64,000 bases of DNA. Source: Promethearchaeia archaeon. Lineage in GTDB: Archaea; Asgardarchaeota; Lokiarchaeia; Sigyniarchaeales; SOKP01. Below the pieces are notes generated by a model. It was not told where the DNA came from and did not search any database. It saw nothing but the letters and a program-made list of their open reading frames with translations. The DNA is taken from the NCBI GenBank assembly GCA_046483985.1, contig JAWOCD010000031.1, positions 44,571 through 108,570 on the forward strand, written 5' to 3'. This document shows positions 57,973 through 64,000 of the stretch, piece after piece. How positions within the stretch are numbered: the first letter of the stretch is position 1; every line of letters starts with the position of its first letter. The translations under genes and the position numbers were made by a program.

Positions 57973-59340
57973 TTAGACGCTGGAAAAATCGGTCTTCTTT
58001 CCTACGCCAAAGATACCTAGCGCTACACCCAGTTCGTGAGCCTTTTCTTCTTTGGCATAATCTCGGACTGAAACTCCTTCCATTACAGCGTCAATTGCTT
58101 GTCGGAACGCTTTTGCACCGGCAATAGGTCCTTCGGGATGGGAATGAATTGCTCCACCAGAACCAATCATAATATTAGTACCCAGAGCATCAACACACTT
58201 CTCGACTAAACTCTGTGTAATTCCTCCACTCGGCATTGGGAGAGTTCGTTTGATGTGTGGCGCGTTACGCATTGGCATGCTCATTTGTCTGGCTGTTTGG
58301 ATAAAGCGATCGTTTCGAGTGGGGGCTTTTCCGTAGGGTGCAGGATGGACGATCGTGTCGCATCCGCATAATCGACCAAACTTCCCAAGTACTAAGGGGC
58401 TTGAGATGCCGCCAAGAGGATCTTGATACAAGGCTCCTGCGAAATCCATATGGCCCAAAATAGGTACATCAATTGAAGGATCTTCTGCTAATTCTCTCAT
58501 GGCAGAATATCCAACGCTAATATGATTCACCATTAATGCATTTGCCCCATGTTCAAGTGCCACATCTGCCAATTCAAACATTTTATTAACTCTATCAGTG
58601 ATATTAACGGTATAAAGCGTCTTTTCTCCCTTTTCTGAATCGGCTTTATCGAGAGCCTCCATAAATTGAGTTACTCGCTCGGCTAATGGATTAAATCCGA
58701 TATCCGCGATAAGTTCATCATCCTTAATTACATCACATCCACCTACAGCTGCTTTATATGCAAGCTCATCGGCCGGAGTTTCATCAAGAGTATAAACACA
58801 AGGTTTAATCATGTTATTCAATAACGGTCTCTCTGGAACATCCAATAACTTTCTAATCCCTGTGTCGCCAAACTTTGGTCCTTCGAATTCTTTTAAGAAT
58901 TCTTTCGGGAAGCGAACATCAACCATTTTGAGTGGTCCGCCCATAGAAATATTTCCCATAATCGTTGTAAACAACATCGGAAATTGAGGTCGAAAGTTTA
59001 GCGGATAAGCAACTTGGACAACATAATTATAATATTTCGGCTTATCAAATATATCCTCAACTCCATTATATTCGAAATCAGGAATTTGCCAAAGTCCGAT
59101 TACTTTCGCAACGTGTTTTCTTCGGGTTTCAGGAGTTTCTGCGGGTACTGGAACAAAGGTCCCAGTTGATTGTTCCACACAGAGTGCTTGAGTCATATAA
59201 AATGCGTCCATTCTTTTACCGAGTTTTACGATATATGTTGCAATAATGTGGTTCTCATAATCGATGTCTTCAGGAAGTGCATTCGGTTTGCTTAAATTAT
59301 CAAGGTCGTACTGATCAAATTGATCTGGTAATTCAGACAT
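57973..59340 (-). CDS. RuBisCO-like protein (form IV RLP)
   Basis: 'EQSTGT', 'GPKFG..GIRKLL', 'IKP', 'DVIKDDEL', 'PSGG', 'GGAIHSHPEG..AGA.AFRQA'; lacks true RuBisCO motifs (KDDEN, HRA, G..GK loop 6). Confidence 0.88.
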   Translation of the reverse strand: MSELPDQFDQYDLDNLSKPNALPEDIDYENHIIATYIVKLGKRMDAFYMTQALCVEQSTGTFVPVPAETPETRRKHVAKVIGLWQIPDFEYNGVEDIFDKPKYYNYVVQVAYPLNFRPQFPMLFTTIMGNISMGGPLKMVDVRFPKEFLKEFEGPKFGDTGIRKLLDVPERPLLNNMIKPCVYTLDETPADELAYKAAVGGCDVIKDDELIADIGFNPLAERVTQFMEALDKADSEKGEKTLYTVNITDRVNKMFELADVALEHGANALMVNHISVGYSAMRELAEDPSIDVPILGHMDFAGALYQDPLGGISSPLVLGKFGRLCGCDTIVHPAPYGKAPTRNDRFIQTARQMSMPMRNAPHIKRTLPMPSGGITQSLVEKCVDALGTNIMIGSGGAIHSHPEGPIAGAKAFRQAIDAVMEGVSVRDYAKEEKAHELGVALGIFGVGKKTDFSSV

Positions 59341-59459
59341 TTTAATTCACATATTTATTTTTTTTTATTTGAATATTTCTCAATCTTCAATTTTGTATTG
59401 AGTTAATGAATGTTAATGAATTTACAAATATAAATCTATTCCAAAATTTTAAGAAAAAA

Positions 59460-59477
59460 AATTCCAAAATTGGAATT
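59460..59477. promoter_or_regulatory. Inverted repeat in the divergent RLP/kinase intergenic region
   Basis: aattccaa-aa-ttggaatt; also a gttaatgaat direct repeat at 59402..59421. Confidence 0.35.
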
Positions 59478-59711
59478 ATCAATGTAAAATAAAATTTAAA
59501 TTCGGAAAAATCGGAATTCTTTTGCTTATTTGATAAATGTCTTCTTATAAATTAAGCCATCCCGTGGGATAATAACTGTTTTTTTGTAACCGAGCAAGAT
59601 TCAAATCAAAAGACCAAAGCAAAATTTTTATTTGAATTAAATTCATAGTCAATATATAGTTTTTATATAGATCTAAAAAATTAATTAACGAACTCCATAT
59701 TACTTTCAACT

Positions 59712-61622
59712 ATGTCTATTAAAGAAAAAAAATATATACTCGCAATAGATCACGGCACGTCAGGAATTAAGAGCGCGATCGTCTCCACGCACGGGGATGT
59801 AATTAACTGGGTTTTTCAAGAGGTCCCGTTAATACTTCCAGAACCCGGAGCAGCCGAACAAGATCCCGATGTGTGGTGGGATGGGATCATCAATACGGCT
59901 AAAAAGCTATTAAAGAAATGCTCGGTACCCGCCGAAGATATTATTGGAATTTGTAATACCAGCCAATGGAGCGGTACAGTTGCCCTTGACGAAAATGGAG
60001 ATCACTTGATGAATGCCATTATTTGGATGGACACCCGTGGTGCTCCGTATATAGAAGAGATCCACGACAGTTTAATCCAAGTGTCTGGATATTCCCTCTG
60101 GAAGATTCTAAAATGGGTGAAATATACTGGCGGAGGTCCAACGTTATCGGGAAAAGATCCCATCTCTCACATCTTATGGTTAAAGAATGAACGACCAGAG
60201 GTTTATAAAAATACTGATGTGTTTCTCGAACCGCAAGACTATATCAATTATCGACTTACGGGAAAAATTGCGGCATCATATGCCTCAATTCATATTCACT
60301 GGGTTACCGACATCAGGGACCCCAATAATATTGTATACAGCGATAAATTGCTCAAAGTCCTAAAAGTAGATAAAGAAAAACTCCCGAAAAAGCTCAAATG
60401 GTCAACAGATGTCTTAGGAAACGTGAAAAAGGAAATCGCAGACGAATTAGGATTACGAGAAGATGTAAAAGTAGTGATGGGGGCACCAGATCTTCATGCT
60501 GCAGCAATAGGATCTGGAGCGGTAGAAGACTATGAGGGGCATTTCTGTGTGGGTACCTCCGATTGGTTACTTTGTCATTTACCGCACAAAGAGACCGATA
60601 TCTTTCATAATATGGCAAGCGCCCCCTCGGCAATTAAAGAGAAATACCTATTAATAAACGAACAAGAAATGGCGGGTGGTGCGTTAGCGTTCTTACGAGA
60701 TAAACTGCTTTATCATAAAGACGAACTATTACGCGAAAGTATCATTAATGATGTGACGAATGTATATAATCAAATTCTGAATGAATTATCGTACCGAGAT
60801 GACATTTCATCAGATGAGAAGAAGAAGATAAAGAAGAGGATCCTATATTATAAGAATGAGATTATGAACGAAGAAGAGGTTCCAGATATTTATGAATTAT
60901 TTGATGATATTTGCGTAGAGATCGAATCAGAACAAAAAAAGGCGGAAATAAACCTGGATTTCTTGGACTTCATTAAAGATAAAATCGAATACCACAGTGA
61001 GCGTCTTCAAAAAGCCGATCCCTTACAAAATATATACAAACTTTTTGATGAAATCGTTGAAAAAACTCCTCCTGGATCCAATAACGTAATTTTTACACCA
61101 TGGTTATTCGGAGAAAGAGCGCCAGTGGATGATCATACTATCAGAGGGGGGCTTTATAATATTTCGTTAGAAATGACAAGGGAACATTTAATTCGGGCAA
61201 TCTTTGAGGGAGTAGCTTATAATATAAGATGGTTACTTCATTATGTGGAAGATTTTATTGAGGATTTTGTTGAAGAAGAAAAGCCAGAGCAGGTGAAAGA
61301 CGGAAAAATTATGCCAGTGTTAAATATCATCGGTGGAGGAGCAAGAAGCGATATATGGTGCCAGATTTTTGCCGATGTACTAGACAGAAAAATTCGACAA
61401 GTGAAAAACCCCATTCAAGCAAACGCTCGCGGCGCCGCTTATATAGCAGCAGTAGGACTTGGATATATTAAATGGAAACACATCTCCGACCACATTAATA
61501 TTAAAAAAGTGTATGAACCAAACCCCGAGAATCGGGAGATTTATGACAAACTTTATGAAGAATTTTTGAATATATACGATGTCACCAAGGATATTTGCGA
61601 GCGATTGAACAAGAAAAAATAA
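59712..61622 (+). CDS. FGGY-family carbohydrate kinase (xylulokinase-like) with internal repeat insertion
   Basis: 'IDHGTSGIK', 'EQDP', 'IWMDTR', 'GERAP', 'RAIFEGVA', 'GGGARSDIWCQIFAD'. Confidence 0.88.
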   Translation: MSIKEKKYILAIDHGTSGIKSAIVSTHGDVINWVFQEVPLILPEPGAAEQDPDVWWDGIINTAKKLLKKCSVPAEDIIGICNTSQWSGTVALDENGDHLMNAIIWMDTRGAPYIEEIHDSLIQVSGYSLWKILKWVKYTGGGPTLSGKDPISHILWLKNERPEVYKNTDVFLEPQDYINYRLTGKIAASYASIHIHWVTDIRDPNNIVYSDKLLKVLKVDKEKLPKKLKWSTDVLGNVKKEIADELGLREDVKVVMGAPDLHAAAIGSGAVEDYEGHFCVGTSDWLLCHLPHKETDIFHNMASAPSAIKEKYLLINEQEMAGGALAFLRDKLLYHKDELLRESIINDVTNVYNQILNELSYRDDISSDEKKKIKKRILYYKNEIMNEEEVPDIYELFDDICVEIESEQKKAEINLDFLDFIKDKIEYHSERLQKADPLQNIYKLFDEIVEKTPPGSNNVIFTPWLFGERAPVDDHTIRGGLYNISLEMTREHLIRAIFEGVAYNIRWLLHYVEDFIEDFVEEEKPEQVKDGKIMPVLNIIGGGARSDIWCQIFADVLDRKIRQVKNPIQANARGAAYIAAVGLGYIKWKHISDHINIKKVYEPNPENREIYDKLYEEFLNIYDVTKDICERLNKKK

Positions 61623-61689
61623 ACTATTTCTCTCTTTCACTTCTTACTTTTAATCAAAAATTAAGTATTATGGTCAATTCAAAAGAAAC

Positions 61690-62544
61690 ATGACATTTAA
61701 AGACAAATTACAATCTCATTTAAAGAATACTCTTCCTAAAAAGAAGTTAGAAGTCCTCCCAAGTGGATTCCAGACATTGGGAAAAGTAGTAGTAATTAAA
61801 CTGAAACCAGAACTCTTTCCCCATGAGGAAAAAATAGCGCAAGCATATTTAGATTTACTGCCGTATATACGTTCAGTCTATATTAATAGAGGGAAAATTG
61901 AAGGGCAATATCGAACCCCAGAAGGAATTGAATATCTTGCCGGCGAGAAAGATCCAATAGTCCAACATAAAGAACATGGAGTCCTTTATGAATTTGATAT
62001 AACTAAGATTATGTTTTCCCAAGGAAATTTACGCGAGAGGAAATTTTTAAGCACATTAGTGGATGAAGGTGAGATTATTGTAGATATGTTTGCCGGAATC
62101 GGTTATTTTTCATTACCTATTGGAAAACTCTCCTCACCCAAAAAAGTTTATAGTATAGAAATGAACCCCGTTGCATATGAGTTTCTTCTGAAAAACATCG
62201 AATTGAATAACTTAGGAGATACAATTATTCCAATTAAGGGCAATTGCAAGCAAGAAGTAATTAAACTGAGTAAGCAAGGAGTTCAGGCAGATCGTGTTAT
62301 TATGGGCGTTTTCCCGGCGCCTGTGGATTATGTGGATGAAGCTTTAACTCTTTTAAAACCCGGGGGGACAATCTATCACTTTGAAGGAGTGGTGGATAAA
62401 GACAAATATTTGGATTTATTTGAAGAATTTAATGAAATTGCAGCGAAAAAAGGTATCATATGCGAATTAAAGGCCAAGCGGTTTGTTAAAAGTTATGGAC
62501 CCAATCTATTTCATACCGTGTTGGATATAGAAGCGTCAAAATAG
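61690..62544 (+). CDS. taw2: Met-10+/Trm5-Taw2 family tRNA-modifying SAM-dependent transferase
   Basis: 'HKEHG..YEFDITKIMFSQGNLRER', 'DMFAGIGYFSLP', 'EMNP', 'ADRVIMG', 'VKSYGP'. Confidence 0.75.
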   Translation: MTFKDKLQSHLKNTLPKKKLEVLPSGFQTLGKVVVIKLKPELFPHEEKIAQAYLDLLPYIRSVYINRGKIEGQYRTPEGIEYLAGEKDPIVQHKEHGVLYEFDITKIMFSQGNLRERKFLSTLVDEGEIIVDMFAGIGYFSLPIGKLSSPKKVYSIEMNPVAYEFLLKNIELNNLGDTIIPIKGNCKQEVIKLSKQGVQADRVIMGVFPAPVDYVDEALTLLKPGGTIYHFEGVVDKDKYLDLFEEFNEIAAKKGIICELKAKRFVKSYGPNLFHTVLDIEASK

Positions 62545-62780
62545 ATAATTAAGAAAAAACACAAATGAGTGCAAAGTTTTTATTTTTTTTTGATTTCAGA
62601 AAAATAAAAAAAGAATAAAATTAAAAGTAAAATAAGAAATTTTTTTAGATTGAAGTTCAATAATAATTAGTAAGGAATTATTTGTATAGTTGCAATTTAT
62701 TTTAATTTACCATTTACCATAGGAATATTAATCTATTAATATATTAACCCGTTAATATAAAATAAAGAATGAATTAAATT

Positions 62781-64000
62781 ATGAAAGAAAAAACGGTCGT
62801 TGGTTTAGATTATAGTCACGACAATAAACTCGTCTTAGAAGCGTCAAGTTATTCGGACTTTACTCAATTTTTATTCACATCTGGATATAAACTGGGCAAG
62901 ATACAAGCAGGGTTTGAATCACTCCAAAAATTAGAAAATTATGATATGATTTTGCTCTCAAGCCCCCGTCATAAAGAGTTAAGTGAAGAAGAAATTGATA
63001 ATTTGGTAACATATGTGAAAAAAGGGGGAAATTTATTAGTGGTAAGCAGTACTGGAGGAGATAAGAAGAATAGAACAAACCTTAATGAACTGACAGAAAA
63101 TTTTGGATTTAAATTTAATCCAGATACGATTCATGACTCAATGAGTTATATTAATTTACAAAAAAGACCCTTATTCACGGAATTTACTCCGCATGTAATC
63201 TCTGAACAAGTTCAAAAAGTCATACTTTCTAGTGCTTGTTCTTTGGAAATCTTGGACTTTATTGAGGAGGATAAAGAGGTGAAAATTGAGGAAATAATTA
63301 GAACAGGTCTAAACTGCTGGCGAAAACGATATAATAGGGAAAAAAAGGATTGGGTCCGTGAAGATAGTCCTAAAATTCCTATGCTGGTTTCAGTTGATTA
63401 CTTCAAAGGACATGTCGTCGGATTTGGGACACTATCCATATTTTCATCTCTTGGACGTGAATATGGATTCAACGCTTTTGATAATAACATATTAATCGCA
63501 AATATCTTCAGATGGCTTACCACTGGAGGAATAACTGAGGGTAAGACATTGACGCTAGTTTTAAATTTGCAGTTATATTATTGGGCAAAGTCCATAGTCG
63601 AAAAAGAAAAGTGGGAAAGTCTCTCAGATTTAATTAATGTAAGTTTGAAATATTTCAAAGATAACTATGATGATATCCTCGGAGAGATAAAGAAACTGCA
63701 AGAAGAGAAGAAAAAACGAAAAGAAAAATATAAAAAAGCAAAGAAAGAAAAATCGGAAGAAAAAGTTTTAGAATTAGTGCCTAAACGTGAGAAAAAAGAC
63801 CTTGAAGATATTATGAGTGCATTAAAAGATGCCACTGGAGAAGAATTCGATTTTGATTTGGACGATATTGAAGCAGAATTAGAAGAAGGAGAAATTGATG
63901 AGGAGACCCTCGAAGAGATAAAAGAGAAGGAAAAAAGAGAAAAAGAAGAGGAAGAAAGGGAAAAGGAAACCAAAGAGAAAAAAACGAAGGGGCTCTGTTC
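62781..64000 (+). CDS. GIFT (GldG/IFT52-like) domain protein with RHH-like module and charged tail; runs off the window (not in ORF track)
   Basis: MKEKTVVGLDYSHDN...LENYDMILLSSPRHKELSEEEIDNLVTYVKKGGNLLVVSSTGGDKKNRTNLNELTENFGFKFNPDTI...DNNILIANIFRWL; no stop before the window end. Confidence 0.75.
   Translation, partial: MKEKTVVGLDYSHDNKLVLEASSYSDFTQFLFTSGYKLGKIQAGFESLQKLENYDMILLSSPRHKELSEEEIDNLVTYVKKGGNLLVVSSTGGDKKNRTNLNELTENFGFKFNPDTIHDSMSYINLQKRPLFTEFTPHVISEQVQKVILSSACSLEILDFIEEDKEVKIEEIIRTGLNCWRKRYNREKKDWVREDSPKIPMLVSVDYFKGHVVGFGTLSIFSSLGREYGFNAFDNNILIANIFRWLTTGGITEGKTLTLVLNLQLYYWAKSIVEKEKWESLSDLINVSLKYFKDNYDDILGEIKKLQEEKKKRKEKYKKAKKEKSEEKVLELVPKREKKDLEDIMSALKDATGEEFDFDLDDIEAELEEGEIDEETLEEIKEKEKREKEEEEREKETKEKKTKGLC

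Noticed and set aside
57973-59340. True (form III) RuBisCO
   Set aside because: It has KDDEL and GHMDF rather than KDDEN and HRA, and lacks the loop-6 Lys context; no AMP phosphorylase or R15P isomerase nearby.
63989-64000. Possible IS terminal repeat (gggctctgttc) at the window edge
   Set aside because: Only ~11 bp are visible and it is in frame with the CDS; cannot be supported.

Overview
AT-rich, gene-dense archaeal chromosomal window, most likely an Asgard archaeon of the Lokiarchaeia/Promethearchaeota type. This is inferred from an Arf-like small GTPase, an LRR protein carrying the 'EFWAHCSNMQAW..HDYDTRILHRNLAFPLLKKL' N-terminal domain typical of Lokiarchaeia, MfnE, Taw2/Trm5, several HdrD-like CCG proteins and a cytoplasmic IFT52-like GIFT protein. 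No rRNA, tRNA or CRISPR array was seen. The most striking feature is a co-directional operon at about 35.2-42.3 kb. It joins a HAD phosphatase, a tandem two-domain PlsC acyltransferase and a degenerate third PlsC with a three-gene DUF2229 / dehydratase-like / ASKHA activator module. That module has the domain set of the bacterial anaerobic plasmalogen/ether-lipid synthases (PlsA/PlsR, Ger), so the operon is a candidate bacterial-type acyl-to-ether glycerolipid pathway in an archaeon. Other highlights: two tandem, apparently circularly permuted, membrane-tethered heparinase II/III-like lyases (one lacking catalytic residues); a 7.4-kb decaying island bounded by a ~54-93 bp direct repeat; adjacent LRR and TPR-NYN (Regnase-like RNase) genes; two non-autonomous IS200/IS605-type elements plus a third right end; a DDE IS; and a RuBisCO-like protein / FGGY kinase / class III aminotransferase / Fe-ADH cluster. 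All functional calls come from motifs read by eye; no database search was run.
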